Source of the DNA: Microcoleus sp.
Lineage (GTDB): Bacteria; Cyanobacteriota; Cyanobacteriia; Cyanobacteriales; Microcoleaceae
Direction: 5' to 3'
Length of the DNA: 64,000 nucleotides
NCBI GenBank assembly: GCA_051652045.1
Contig: JBOFTL010000514.1
Span: forward strand, 21,899-85,898
In this document: piece by piece, positions 18,656 through 28,910 of the stretch
Layout: each line of letters opens with the position of its first letter
How positions within the stretch are numbered: the stretch's first letter is position 1
Notes under the pieces: generated by a model
Seen by the model: the letters and a program-made list of their open reading frames with translations, nothing else
Database searches by the model: none
Told to the model about the DNA's origin: nothing
Translations under genes and position numbers: made by a program

Positions 18656-18956
18656 TGATGTTTTGCTGGCGGAATTAAAAGATGCGATCGCATTCCATGG
18701 GTTGAAACGCCGGGAACCAGTACTGCCGATATTGCCTGAAAGCTTTGGGCGGTATGTACTGCGGGGTATTTTTGGAAGGGTGTTTGTGTCGGTTTCTGCT
18801 GGGCGATTCACGCAACGGCAGGTCGAGGCGCAGGCGATATTGTTGTCTTTGCATCGGGAGATTTCCCTAGAGTATTGGAACCGTGGGGTGACGCGATATC
18901 TGGGAGTTTGGAGGAATGGGAAGATGGTTAAAGGAAGCGATCGCAATGACCGCTAA
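18645..18956 (+). CDS. hypothetical protein
   Basis: Overlaps both neighbouring genes. Confidence 0.55.
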   Translation: MLRNDVLLAELKDAIAFHGLKRREPVLPILPESFGRYVLRGIFGRVFVSVSAGRFTQRQVEAQAILLSLHREISLEYWNRGVTRYLGVWRNGKMVKGSDRNDR

Positions 18957-20850
18957 CTTGCTTTTGCGTGGTAGTGTAACGAGTAATGCGATCGCCATTC
19001 CTGAGGTTATTCCAACGGCAGCGGGGCGATCGCATGGATTGTTTCCGTTCCAATCTCAAATGGTGCGTCGAACCTACGATTTGATTCGCGCCAATCAAAC
19101 GCGAATACTTTGGATTGCAGCGCCATCGGCGGGCAAAACGCGGATCAGTGGGCAGGTCATGCTTGATGCAACACAACGCGCCAAGAAGCCTATCAGGACT
19201 GCATTTGTGGTGGAGATGGATGTGCTTGCTCAACAAACCCTAGATACTTATCTAGGGTTGGGATTAAACGCGACATTGTATAAGGCTGATGCTGACTATA
19301 ATCCTGATGCAGATGTGGTTGTGATCTCGTCGCAAACACTAGAGCAACGGGCAAAGCGCGGCAAGACTGTCCAAGAATTAGTCGGCAGCTTTGGGCTAGT
19401 CCTTGGGGATGAGATCCATACTTTGTCCCAGCGTCGCGGGTGGGCACTACTCAACGATGCTTACAAGAACACATCCACGGTGTTCATCGGGATGACCGGA
19501 ACCCCATGGAACCAGCCTAAAAAGGCACTGTGCAATTGGTTCGATGTTCAGGTCGAGGCTCCCCAACCGCCTGAACTGGTCAAGATGGGACGGCTTGTAA
19601 TCGTTCGCGGGATGCGATTCAGCGATAATTTATTCGATGTTTCCGAATTAAAATGGCGCGACGGTGACTATGGACTAAAAGAGCAAGAAGAACAAGCGTT
19701 CACCGACAACAAACTTCAGTTAGTGTTTGATAACTATCAGCGCGACGGGCAAGGGCGAACCTTCATCGCTTACTGCACGGGCATCAAACATGCCAAAGCG
19801 CTAGCTGAATTTTTTACCACCAATGGCATCCCCTGTGATTACCAGATTGGGGAAACACCGACTAAGCGGAAACGGAAAACAGATGGCGATCGCCTCACCA
19901 GAGAAGAGCAACATGCCCAACTAAAGTCGGGGGAGCTGCGCGGCTTGTTCACCGTTGGCACTTGCACCAAAGGGTATGATGCACCATTCGTGAGTTGCAT
20001 CATTTTGGCGCGGGCGATCGGAAATAAAAACCTGTACCATCAGACCTCATGCCGTGGAAACCGAGCGCATACCTACCCCGATGGATCAGTAAAACAAGAT
20101 TGTATCCTGATTGATTTGGGTGGGAATTGTGAACGTTTTGGACACCTACCAACAGATTATCAAGATTATTGGAAAGCATTGCAGCGACCGGGGCAGACTA
20201 ACAAATGGGATGCAGAGGATAACTATAAAAGTTGCTATCACTGCGGTCAAGATAGAATCCTGAAGTTTGCTAAAGTATGCCCTAGTTGTGGGCATGAGTT
20301 TGGCGGCGTTGTCGAGGAACAAAACCGCACTCTGTTTGACCTGTCGGCATTTGTTCTAGAGGAATATTTTGGAGCACTAGGGCAAGAGCAGGTTCAGTTT
20401 TTGCGCAGTCGCAAAGTGCAATACTTTCAAGAAGGGAAGCATCCCGATACTGCGGTGACTGATTTCGCGGCAAAGTTTGGACACTTACCCCCAGTCGAAT
20501 GGCATCAGTATGCGGTGTTTGGCAAGCGATCGTCCCGCGAACAAAAAGCGCGATTCATGGAGTATTTAAAGCCATTCTCGCCCCATGACTTTTGGCTGCA
20601 ACGTCAAATGCAGCTAGAGTTCGGCGGAGCCGGTAGCACGTTCGCTAAGTTCCTGGCGAAGTGGAATACCCATTGGTGGGATGTGTTGGGTGTTGCTGCC
20701 GACTGTCGGGATATGGCGATAGTAAAACGGCAGTATGTTGCGCTGATGAAAGAATGGCATCCTGACGTTTGCGAGGATCAGACTAACGCCAAAGTAAAAA
20801 CACAGATATTAAACAAAGCTTATGAGGAAGCAAAGCAATGCTGTATATAG
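18946..20850 (+). CDS. SF2 helicase (YejH/RadD-like) with Zn finger and C-terminal DnaJ J-domain
   Basis: APSAGKT, DEIH, MTGTP, CYHC..CPSC; WWDVLGV..VKRQY..LMKEWHPD..ILNKAYEEA. Confidence 0.85.
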   Translation: MTANLLLRGSVTSNAIAIPEVIPTAAGRSHGLFPFQSQMVRRTYDLIRANQTRILWIAAPSAGKTRISGQVMLDATQRAKKPIRTAFVVEMDVLAQQTLDTYLGLGLNATLYKADADYNPDADVVVISSQTLEQRAKRGKTVQELVGSFGLVLGDEIHTLSQRRGWALLNDAYKNTSTVFIGMTGTPWNQPKKALCNWFDVQVEAPQPPELVKMGRLVIVRGMRFSDNLFDVSELKWRDGDYGLKEQEEQAFTDNKLQLVFDNYQRDGQGRTFIAYCTGIKHAKALAEFFTTNGIPCDYQIGETPTKRKRKTDGDRLTREEQHAQLKSGELRGLFTVGTCTKGYDAPFVSCIILARAIGNKNLYHQTSCRGNRAHTYPDGSVKQDCILIDLGGNCERFGHLPTDYQDYWKALQRPGQTNKWDAEDNYKSCYHCGQDRILKFAKVCPSCGHEFGGVVEEQNRTLFDLSAFVLEEYFGALGQEQVQFLRSRKVQYFQEGKHPDTAVTDFAAKFGHLPPVEWHQYAVFGKRSSREQKARFMEYLKPFSPHDFWLQRQMQLEFGGAGSTFAKFLAKWNTHWWDVLGVAADCRDMAIVKRQYVALMKEWHPDVCEDQTNAKVKTQILNKAYEEAKQCCI

Positions 20851-21386
20851 GAATCGATCCAGGGGTATCCGGCGCGATCGCCATCGTCAGCACTAACGGC
20901 ACAATACTGATCCATGATTGCCCGCTACTCCCAAAAGAAGGACGCTGGAATCGACATGATTCACGGGGACTGATGGCGATACTATCTAGCATTAATCCTG
21001 ATGAGGCGGTCGCTGTGTTGGAGCATGTGAGGTTTGACGGGCGGGATGATGGGCATAAAACGACGACGGAAATATTGGTGCGATCGCATGAAGCATGGTT
21101 GACGTGCCTAAATCTGCGGGGGATTCCAGTGCTGGATCTGGAGCCGTTGGCATGGCGTAAGGCAGTCGCGGCTTCTAAGCTGGGGACAAACGAAGTGGCG
21201 ATCGTGGAATATGCTTGCAAGCTCTATCCGCAATGCGTAGACGAATTAAAACGTCCCTCCCTTAAAGAGAAGTGCAAGTTCGTCTACGAGCATAATCGCG
21301 CCGAGGCTTTGTTGATGGCTCATGCGGCGCGAAGCTTGGATAATGCGGGTAGGTTTGATTTTCTATTGGAGTGCGCGATCGCCTAA
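20838..21386 (+). CDS. RuvC-like Holliday junction resolvase
   Basis: YIGIDPGVSGAIA, VLEHV, PLAWRK, RAEALLMA. Confidence 0.85.
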   Translation: MLYIGIDPGVSGAIAIVSTNGTILIHDCPLLPKEGRWNRHDSRGLMAILSSINPDEAVAVLEHVRFDGRDDGHKTTTEILVRSHEAWLTCLNLRGIPVLDLEPLAWRKAVAASKLGTNEVAIVEYACKLYPQCVDELKRPSLKEKCKFVYEHNRAEALLMAHAARSLDNAGRFDFLLECAIA

Positions 21387-21577
21387 CCCAACGCCCAAGC
21401 CGCTAACCGCTGCATACTTTTCACTGACACATTCACAAGGGGGGTGCGATCGCCATCAATCTGCAACGCCAACCGCTCGTACCCTTGCTGCGCGGCATGT
21501 TCAGCCAATGCAGGATAATCCGCCGCCTCATAATTCTGTCTGTCAGCAAACGTCACAACTAAAGTCTTGCCCTGCAT
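21383..21577 (-). CDS. small hypothetical protein
   Basis: Divergent from 21743; TTCTACAGTGA direct repeats upstream (21597, 21615). Confidence 0.45.
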   Translation of the reverse strand: MQGKTLVVTFADRQNYEAADYPALAEHAAQQGYERLALQIDGDRTPLVNVSVKSMQRLAAWALG

Positions 21578-21742
21578 GTATCCTGCCTCATAACGGTTCT
21601 ACAGTGAGACATTATTCTACAGTGACTTGGTACGCAGGGCTACAAAAATTCTTGCAATACCAGTGGTCGTATAAAATATTTTCACTCATCTAAGTATTTT
21701 CTGGTAGAATTTGGCAGAACGAGGACAAGCGAAAATAGGAGA

Positions 21743-22546
21743 GTGAAAAGTATGGCTGGTGCAAGGCGATCGCTGCCGTCGATGCGGAAGCTGGCGGATT
21801 GGTTGAAGAAGACGCTCAAGAATGATATTCCGGGACATCCTGATATTAATTTGGTGCAGTGGTCGGAAAAGTTTACGATGGGTCCCCACAAAAAACCTTG
21901 GCTCCACAACGCTGCGCTTTATTCAATTTGGAATCAAGAGCGTCTTCCCAGTATTGAAACGCTAGTAAAGCTCGGTATTTTTCTCAGGAAATCTGGCGTA
22001 GATTGTAGTGTTTACTATCCGTTGCAGTGCGCTGCCGATGGCGTTTACCACGAATGGATGATGAAACTATCGGGCGGGAAAGAATACGAACCCGATGGTG
22101 ATTTTACGCTAGAGCAAGAATCGGCAACTATTGGGCATCCGCCATCAAAAATTGTTGCTGACTACCGGGCGATGCCCTACAGCGATCGCCGTGCCGCATT
22201 GACAGAGTTGATGGCGGCGATCGCGCGGGATGTTGAATTTTCATTGATGGCGACTGAATTTGAGGTGGTCAGTCGGCTAGTCCGGGAGGCATTGGTGCGC
22301 GCGGCGAATCGCTCCGAAAAGTTGGCAAAATCATTAGAAGTCCCCCACGAATGGCTGTTAGCAATTCTTGACGGGCGGCTAAACGATGTTCACGCCCAGA
22401 GCGAACTTAAGTATGTGGTGAGATTGGCATCGGGAGTGCAGGACTTAGACGGCAACAAAGGCAACTGTGAGATTTTTGCCTGTTTGCTGCCAGGGGGCGA
22501 TACGGCAAAAGCGCGGGAGCGATTGTTGGCGGGGGTGGTGTCTTAG
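21743..22546 (+). CDS. hypothetical protein, possibly HTH-type regulator
   Basis: LYSIWNQERLPSIETLVKL and KLAKSLEVPHEWLLAILDG resemble XRE helices. Confidence 0.5.
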   Translation: MKSMAGARRSLPSMRKLADWLKKTLKNDIPGHPDINLVQWSEKFTMGPHKKPWLHNAALYSIWNQERLPSIETLVKLGIFLRKSGVDCSVYYPLQCAADGVYHEWMMKLSGGKEYEPDGDFTLEQESATIGHPPSKIVADYRAMPYSDRRAALTELMAAIARDVEFSLMATEFEVVSRLVREALVRAANRSEKLAKSLEVPHEWLLAILDGRLNDVHAQSELKYVVRLASGVQDLDGNKGNCEIFACLLPGGDTAKARERLLAGVVS

Positions 22547-22647
22547 ACACAAACAGGGGGCTGCGATCAATGGCGATCGCAGTCCCCTGTTTGTGTTTTG
22601 ATTAGCACCGAGCACTTCCACCAACAACTCAAGGTTGGCGATCGCCG

Positions 22648-23487
22648 CTAATCAGTGCAAAAACATTCACGATTAGACTCATTTATATCGAGCAATGGTT
22701 GATCTAATACTTTAAGCAATGCCCTTTTTCCAAATGTGTTTCCTGTTTGCTGCTCCATTTGGAGCCACCATTGTAGATTTTCAGGCTCAAGAGTTGCCTG
22801 ATATTGCTGCTGAAAGTCCGTGTGATGAAAACAAAACCTACAGTTTGAGACTTCCGGGAAAACCCACCCTTTTTTAATCCAAAAACGTCGCACGTCGTCA
22901 GACGCAATCCTGTTTTCATACAAAGGGAATTGCGGAATTCTCCACTCAAAATCTTTTAAGTATTTATAGTTGCCACCATTAACAGGGCAGGAGTAGGCAA
23001 TATCTATCTTGTCGTTTTGACAATTCCATTCTTCAACTCTTCTGCGTTCGTCCCAGCGAAAACCAATACTCATAAGCACTGCCTCTGCATAGTGAAGAAA
23101 ACAATGATGCGCGATTGGTTTAATTTTTTGTTCTACCGTGCAAAACCGAGTACGGCTATTGGGGAGTAGATGCTTTTTCGATCTATATCCAGGTAGATCA
23201 GTTTGCCCTAAAACAAACTGATCTAAGCTGAACTCTGCTGCAACCCATTTAACGGGCTTTCCTATCTCTTGCTCTAGCCTCAAAACGTTGAGTAATGTCA
23301 GATCGGCTTCATGCGAAGCAACAAAATGAGGGATTCGATTACGGCACTCCCGAAGCAACCCCGAATCCTTTGGCTGAGATGGCGTGTGATTTGTTAACAC
23401 CACCGCAAAAATATATTCGTCCGTTGGATAATGAATCGCCATATAAGCAGACGTTTTTCCTCCTGAAACAGACGTTATTGTTTTCAT
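22648..23487 (-). CDS. PAPS reductase-like (PP-loop) protein
   Basis: SVSGGKTSAYM, RFCT..KIKP, IGFRWDE, SNCRFCF; AT-rich and lacks HIP1. Confidence 0.8.
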   Translation of the reverse strand: MKTITSVSGGKTSAYMAIHYPTDEYIFAVVLTNHTPSQPKDSGLLRECRNRIPHFVASHEADLTLLNVLRLEQEIGKPVKWVAAEFSLDQFVLGQTDLPGYRSKKHLLPNSRTRFCTVEQKIKPIAHHCFLHYAEAVLMSIGFRWDERRRVEEWNCQNDKIDIAYSCPVNGGNYKYLKDFEWRIPQFPLYENRIASDDVRRFWIKKGWVFPEVSNCRFCFHHTDFQQQYQATLEPENLQWWLQMEQQTGNTFGKRALLKVLDQPLLDINESNRECFCTD

Positions 23488-23711
23488 TCGTCGTCCCTCC
23501 AGTTAATTTCAACTTTCCCACCCAACACTTCCACCAACAATTCAAAATTTTCGAGAGCACCTGAATAGTCTTTCAAAAGCCTTCCTACCCGTTTGCGATG
23601 TGCCCCTGGTGTGCCACCCGCGATCGCTGCCATGTCCTGCCCTAGAGCGTATGGGGTTTTGCCTGTGGCAATCATGCGATCGCGGATTTGGTCAGTTAGG
23701 TTTTTTGGCAT
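23484..23711 (-). CDS. small HTH-like regulator
   Basis: IRDRMIATGKTPYALG...FELLVEVLGGKVEI. Confidence 0.5.
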   Translation of the reverse strand: MPKNLTDQIRDRMIATGKTPYALGQDMAAIAGGTPGAHRKRVGRLLKDYSGALENFELLVEVLGGKVEINWRDDE

Positions 23712-24192
23712 GATGTTTCCCAAGTAAAAGTTTTAATTCGTTGCAAGAGTGCAAACAACCAAGCCCGGAATGCTTGCCAAAATCGTACCAGTCTAACGAT
23801 CCAGAACTACCACAGGCAAAGCATTTTCGATCCTTAGGGTAGTCTGACTGTTCTAATATTGGAAGGATTTTGCTACCGTGTTTCATGCCAATTTTTTCAC
23901 TGCACCAATACTGCCACGATTGAATAGGCAGACAAGGGCGATCGCGTACCCAGTTCACTAGTTGCGCGATCGCTGTGATGTGCGTCCCACCAGTTGGGAG
24001 AATAGCAGAGAACACAGGGAAAAATGACCCCCTTCTTGCGCACCACCGACGTTTGATGCTTTTACCTGAAGAGTTGCACCAAGAAACAACAATGCCATTT
24101 TGAGTTAAAGCTAGTTCTCCGCTAGGCAATAGCAGTGGCATTATTTGATTTGCTGCATCTAGCCTGCTTTTGTCAATTAATGGGTTCGGCAT
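23692..24192 (-). CDS. hypothetical protein
   Basis: AAGGA RBS; promoter TTGACA-17-CATGAT upstream (about 24222-24250). Confidence 0.6.
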   Translation of the reverse strand: MPNPLIDKSRLDAANQIMPLLLPSGELALTQNGIVVSWCNSSGKSIKRRWCARRGSFFPVFSAILPTGGTHITAIAQLVNWVRDRPCLPIQSWQYWCSEKIGMKHGSKILPILEQSDYPKDRKCFACGSSGSLDWYDFGKHSGLGCLHSCNELKLLLGKHHAKKPN

Positions 24193-24502
24193 GATTGTCC
24201 TTAACCGCGTTCAACAATCCAATCATGCCCGCTTTTGTCCATAGTGTCAACCCTTACCGCAAAATAGTTTTTGTGTTGGTATTACTGGGGTTGAGCTTGA
24301 CCTATTGCCGCACCCGCAATAGGTCAAGCACTTGAAAGTGCTGGTATTACCGGAGTGTGGCGATCGCCCTTATTTTCTGACCTACATTTGGACTAATTTT
24401 ATGGCGAGCGATCGCGCAAAGTCCTTGGTGCGCAAGGCTTTGAGGTGGCTTACACTAAACTTACGCTAAAAATCTGAGCGAGCAAAATTGACACTCCCTG
24501 CT

Positions 24503-26038
24503 CTAAAGAGGCAGGGATTCTTCAGAAAACAGCCTTAGCTGCTGACTAAATATCTGCTTTTCAGGCATTGCCTTAGATGTACAGTTCCTACTCTGATTCC
24601 GTTTGCCACGAATGGCGAAATCACTAATAGGCGTAACTTTGCGAGAGTCCCCCGCTAGGCACTTACGGTTGTGCGTCGGCTTTTTCTGTCTGTTGCTGAC
24701 AAACTTAAATCCTGCTCTTTTGTTGATCGTCCGGGATGCCTGAGTATCGGCATGGTCGATATGACCGCAAGCTTCGCAAATAAACTTCTCACCTTTGCGG
24801 TTGTCTTTGCTGCAATGCTTGCAAACTGAACATTCTTGACTTGAATATTTAGGGTCAACCGCAAGTACTGGCTTACCTGCCTTTGCGCCTAGCCAGCCAA
24901 TCTTTGCAAACAGTCCACCCCACGCAGCATCAGAAATAGAGCAATTCAGACCACGCTTTGCAGCCTGACCGTTAGGCAAGAAACGACCTTTGGAGCGCTT
25001 CGTTTTGCACCGAGACTTCATGCCCTTGACGTTCAAGTCTTCATGAACAATAGCGTCAGCAGTCTTAACGATTTTGTTTGCCGTTTCCCACTGGTACGCT
25101 TCCCTCTTGTCTGCAATGCGCTTATGGAGTTTAGCTACTTGCTGACCTGCTTTGCTGCGATTCTTTGAGCCTTTGACTTTGCGATTAACTCGTCTCTGCC
25201 TAATTCTTAGTTGGCGACGGGTTTTCTTATTGGTTGCGAACTTAGGATTCTCAACGAACGAACCATCAGACAAGCTGACAAGTTTATTGATACCTACGTC
25301 AATGCCCACCGACGACTGAATCGTGCTGTCTTCTACTCTGGGCAGGTCGTCGGAAGTATTGAGCAGTACGCTCATATACCAACCATCAGCTTCTTTCATC
25401 ACCGTTACGGTTCTGATATCAGCATCTAATGGGATTGCTCGACTGTCGAGATACCGCATATTCCCAATACCAGGCAGGTACACATGGGAGTAGCACTTCT
25501 TATGATTGGACGTTCGGTTAACCGTTAGCTTTGCAACTCCAGGTTTGTACTGAAAGCTGTTGAAATTAGCGATTTTTCTAAAGACAGGGAAACCCCGTTT
25601 ATGGCTAAAGAATCCATTGTACGCAGTATCAAGCTTGGCTAAATTGCCTTGCAATACATCCGCATTAATGCGACCGTACCAAGGATTTTCAGACCTTAGC
25701 TCAGTCGTGCGCTTACTTTGTACATCAGAAGCGCTACCCCAGACCAAAAGCTTTTCCTTCCCTTTGAGCTTTGTTAACTCAGCAGACATTACGCCATGCT
25801 TCACCACGGGGCAGGTTAAAGGACTGAACGCGCCAACTTCTAGGCGAGTATCAATTTCGCAATAAGCTTCATAGGCGTAGCAAACAGGTTGATCGTTAGC
25901 TTGATTGTTCGCCTCAAAACCTCTTTTACGCTCACCCAAGCAATAGTTCCGATGCTTCCGAAGCGTTACAAGCCACTCACCCATAAGAGCGCTTTGTCCC
26001 TTATTCGGTTGTAGCTTGTAGTTGAATCGGACTTGCAT
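24503..26038 (-). CDS. tnpB: TnpB RNA-guided nuclease
   Basis: VGIDVG, IVHEDL, SSQECSVC, CEACG..ADTQA. Confidence 0.92.
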   Translation of the reverse strand: MQVRFNYKLQPNKGQSALMGEWLVTLRKHRNYCLGERKRGFEANNQANDQPVCYAYEAYCEIDTRLEVGAFSPLTCPVVKHGVMSAELTKLKGKEKLLVWGSASDVQSKRTTELRSENPWYGRINADVLQGNLAKLDTAYNGFFSHKRGFPVFRKIANFNSFQYKPGVAKLTVNRTSNHKKCYSHVYLPGIGNMRYLDSRAIPLDADIRTVTVMKEADGWYMSVLLNTSDDLPRVEDSTIQSSVGIDVGINKLVSLSDGSFVENPKFATNKKTRRQLRIRQRRVNRKVKGSKNRSKAGQQVAKLHKRIADKREAYQWETANKIVKTADAIVHEDLNVKGMKSRCKTKRSKGRFLPNGQAAKRGLNCSISDAAWGGLFAKIGWLGAKAGKPVLAVDPKYSSQECSVCKHCSKDNRKGEKFICEACGHIDHADTQASRTINKRAGFKFVSNRQKKPTHNRKCLAGDSRKVTPISDFAIRGKRNQSRNCTSKAMPEKQIFSQQLRLFSEESLPL

Positions 26039-26104
26039 GATGTCGATAGCTTTGTTGATGTCTTGTATTAGTATACAATAGATTTGTAGAGTTTTCCCAA
26101 AGCC

Positions 26105-26509
26105 ATGAAAATAAAGTCGCCTGAATATCGGCATTACAATCATTCCGTGGGGATGTCAGTCGTGCATCTTGTCTGGATTCCCAAGCGTCGAAAAAAGGTT
26201 CTGATTGGGGGCGTTAGGAATCGGCTGATCCAGGTCTTTCAAGAGTTAGCGACTGAAAAAGAATGGTTGATTAGAGCGTTAGAGATTGCGCCTGACCATA
26301 TCCATCTGTTTGTAGAGATTCACCCCACTGATGCCATTAATCAAGTCGTCAAGGCATTTAAGGGACGGTCGTCCTATTTGTTGAGATCTGAATTTCCAGA
26401 ATTAAAAAAACTGCCGTCGCTCTGGACTAACAGCTATTTCTTTACGACCGCTGGGAACGTCTCAGCAGAAACCATTCAGAAGTACATCAACGACCCGCAT
26501 CACGGCTAA
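26105..26509 (+). CDS. tnpA: TnpA Y1 HUH transposase
   Basis: HLVWIPKRR, PDHIHL, LWTNSYF, IQKYI. Confidence 0.95.
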   Translation: MKIKSPEYRHYNHSVGMSVVHLVWIPKRRKKVLIGGVRNRLIQVFQELATEKEWLIRALEIAPDHIHLFVEIHPTDAINQVVKAFKGRSSYLLRSEFPELKKLPSLWTNSYFFTTAGNVSAETIQKYINDPHHG

Positions 26510-26842
26510 TCTTGAAGGGGGTTCAAACCCCCGTGCCCGTTTTCCTCCACGCTCTGAAGAGACGTGGCTCCCAACGTTACCACGCTACCCTGTGGGGATT
26601 GGCGGGACATCACAAGGGGTGCGATCGCATATATGCGATCGCACCCTCTTTTGTTTGCTTGATTCTAAGCCGCGTCGTCAAACTCGATATCGACTTGAAT
26701 GCCTGCGCCAAAGGCATCGGCGAACAGGCGCTTGAACTGGGTCTTGCTGCGGGCAACGCGGAGAAGTCCGCCGACCTGTTGAACTTTCTGCGAGGCGCAT
26801 TCCCCCATCCTCGGTACAGGTGGGGGTTAGCCGATTCCGGGA

Positions 26843-27262
26843 TCAGTCATCTTTGCCTTGAGACTGGATATAAGACTTAATGACATCCAAAGATGCTCCA
26901 CCGCCTGACACAGCACAATAACCACGCTTCCAGAAAACAGGTTTCCAGTAAAAAGGTTTTAATTCGGCTGTGTAACGTTTCCTGATTTCACGGCTGGTAA
27001 CGGTCTTCATTGTGTTTACCAAGGTCGATACAGCCACGTCAGGCGCAAAGTCTATCAGCAAATGGATGTGGTCTTTTAACTCTAAGTCTGCCTTCGCCTC
27101 TAACAGATAAGATCGGTTCTTTTCACATATCCCTCTGCATAGCTGAATGATGTCAGATTCTATCTGTTCGGTTAAGACTGGATGCCTATACTTTGTGACA
27201 AACACTATATGAATCTGAATGTTACAAACACTGTGAGCAAAGCTTCTAAGGCTTCTTGTCAT
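26843..27262 (-). CDS. tnpA: TnpA Y1 HUH transposase
   Basis: HIVFVTKYR, DHIHLL, FWKRGY, IKSYIQSQ. Confidence 0.95.
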   Translation of the reverse strand: MTRSLRSFAHSVCNIQIHIVFVTKYRHPVLTEQIESDIIQLCRGICEKNRSYLLEAKADLELKDHIHLLIDFAPDVAVSTLVNTMKTVTSREIRKRYTAELKPFYWKPVFWKRGYCAVSGGGASLDVIKSYIQSQGKDD

Positions 27263-27291
27263 TTCAAACACCATGCGCTACACTTATTATT

Positions 27292-28644
27292 ATGGCACAC
27301 AAAACAGCACCTAAAACTATCAGAACCGATAAATGGCGCATTGCTCCAAGCGGCGAACAGAAGCAGTATCTCCTGAACACCGTGAAAGAGTATCGTCGTC
27401 TTTGTCGTTTTTTGGTAACGGTGGTCTGCACTCATTGGAAGGCTTTGGGTGGGTTAAGCAGTGACAGCGTTGTACCAGCAGTAGAAAAGTTGATACACAG
27501 AACCGCACAAAATCCAGATCCCAAGTACCCGACAATTGATAAAGCGTTTCATAAATTCCCTAGCTATTTGCGCCGTGCTGCAATCATGTTTGCAGTTGGT
27601 CAAGTCAGTAGCTATATGACTCGATACTGGGATTGGCAATCCGGGCAGAGTCGTAATCGCAGAGACGCTAAACCGCCAATACTGAATTCTGATGCAGGTT
27701 GTTACCCGACTCTTTACAAAGGGCAGTGTTTCAAGTTGCAAGGTTTTGAGCAGGTTGAGATCAAGGTGTTTACTGGAACTGATTGGATTTGGATTACCAT
27801 GCCCATCTCTTCGGTTTGTGAGCGCCATTTGGTTTCAACCAATCAAATGAAGTCACCTTCACTCATCGTCAATGATAAGTCTTGTCATTTGTCAGTACCG
27901 TTTGAGTGCCATCCTGAAAAGGTGAAAGGGTCTGGCTTGGTTGTAGCGGTCGATTTGGGGATTAATACTACTGCCACTGTCTCAGTTGTGAGTCAAGACG
28001 GTACTGTAATCCATCGTGAATTCATTCACCCTGGAAGAGACATAGACCGTCGTGATAAGCGCCTAAAATCAGTTTCAATGAGAGCTAAAAAGACGATGGG
28101 TCGAGGCGGGAAACTGGGTCAAGGTTTTTGCAAAAACACCTATCGCAAGTGTCGCAACATCAATCAACAGATTGGGCATATCGTTTCTAAGCAAATCACT
28201 CAGATTGCTCAACATTACAGCGTGGATGCTGTTGTGTTTGAGAATCTAAAGGGGTGGAAGCCAAAAGGCGGCAAGAAACGATCTAACCTGAAGCAAAAGT
28301 TTCACGGTTGGCTCAAGAGCCTGATTGTTGAGCTAACCCAACGTAAATGGGCAGAGTTAGGGGGCAAGACGATTACGATCATTGCCGCTTACACTTCAAA
28401 GCTTGCCTATGATGGGTCGGGTCAAGTGAAGCGCGACAAAAAGAATTATGCATTAGCCACCTTTTCTAGCGGCAAAAAGTACAACTGTGATCTAAACGGT
28501 TCGTACAATATTGCCGCTAGAGGTTGGCAAAAACTCGATAGCCGAAAGGACTACGAGAAGCGTCCCAGCAAAAGTTCTGGACGCTTGCCTAGAAGCTGGG
28601 CTTGTCTTTGTGATCTGTGGTCTACCGACTCAAGATTAGCATAG
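27292..28644 (+). CDS. tnpB: TnpB nuclease (no Zn finger)
   Basis: VAVDLG, VVFENL, AYTSK, NCDLNG. Confidence 0.9.
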   Translation: MAHKTAPKTIRTDKWRIAPSGEQKQYLLNTVKEYRRLCRFLVTVVCTHWKALGGLSSDSVVPAVEKLIHRTAQNPDPKYPTIDKAFHKFPSYLRRAAIMFAVGQVSSYMTRYWDWQSGQSRNRRDAKPPILNSDAGCYPTLYKGQCFKLQGFEQVEIKVFTGTDWIWITMPISSVCERHLVSTNQMKSPSLIVNDKSCHLSVPFECHPEKVKGSGLVVAVDLGINTTATVSVVSQDGTVIHREFIHPGRDIDRRDKRLKSVSMRAKKTMGRGGKLGQGFCKNTYRKCRNINQQIGHIVSKQITQIAQHYSVDAVVFENLKGWKPKGGKKRSNLKQKFHGWLKSLIVELTQRKWAELGGKTITIIAAYTSKLAYDGSGQVKRDKKNYALATFSSGKKYNCDLNGSYNIAARGWQKLDSRKDYEKRPSKSSGRLPRSWACLCDLWSTDSRLA

Positions 28645-28910
28645 ACACCCCCACCTCTAAAAAGGTGGGGTGAGCTTCATTAGACGACAGTGTCACTCCG
28701 CACATTGCCGCAAGTCCGCGAACAGACATCGCGCTTTCGCCTGTTGCTTGCACAGTCCAAAATTCGATGCCACCGTCGTTGTAATATAGAATAGCTTCAG
28801 CCATGGTTTTAATCTCGGTAAAATTGTGGTTAGGCGATCGCACAGTGGTTCATCCTGTGCGATCGCTGTCCCAAAATAATATCACCGATCACCCAAAACT
28901 CGGCAAAAAT

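Larger units (their letters stand above)
24488..26591 (-). mobile_element. IS605-group element 1 (divergent tnpA/tnpB)
   Basis: Right-end hairpin plus GTGTCAA terminus at 24488; left-end hairpin; inferred target CCAC. Confidence 0.85.
26786..28679 (+). mobile_element. IS605-group element 2
   Basis: Left-end hairpin CCCCCATCC..GGTGGGGG; right end CCCCACC..GGTGGGGTGAGCTTCA; left boundary approximate. Confidence 0.8.
26665..28804 (-). pseudogene. antirepressor-like gene split by IS element 2
   Basis: N-terminus MAEAILYY..GESAMSVRGLAAMCGV at 28804-28680; C-terminus VQQVGGLLRVARSK..DDAA* at 26785-26665. Confidence 0.6.
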
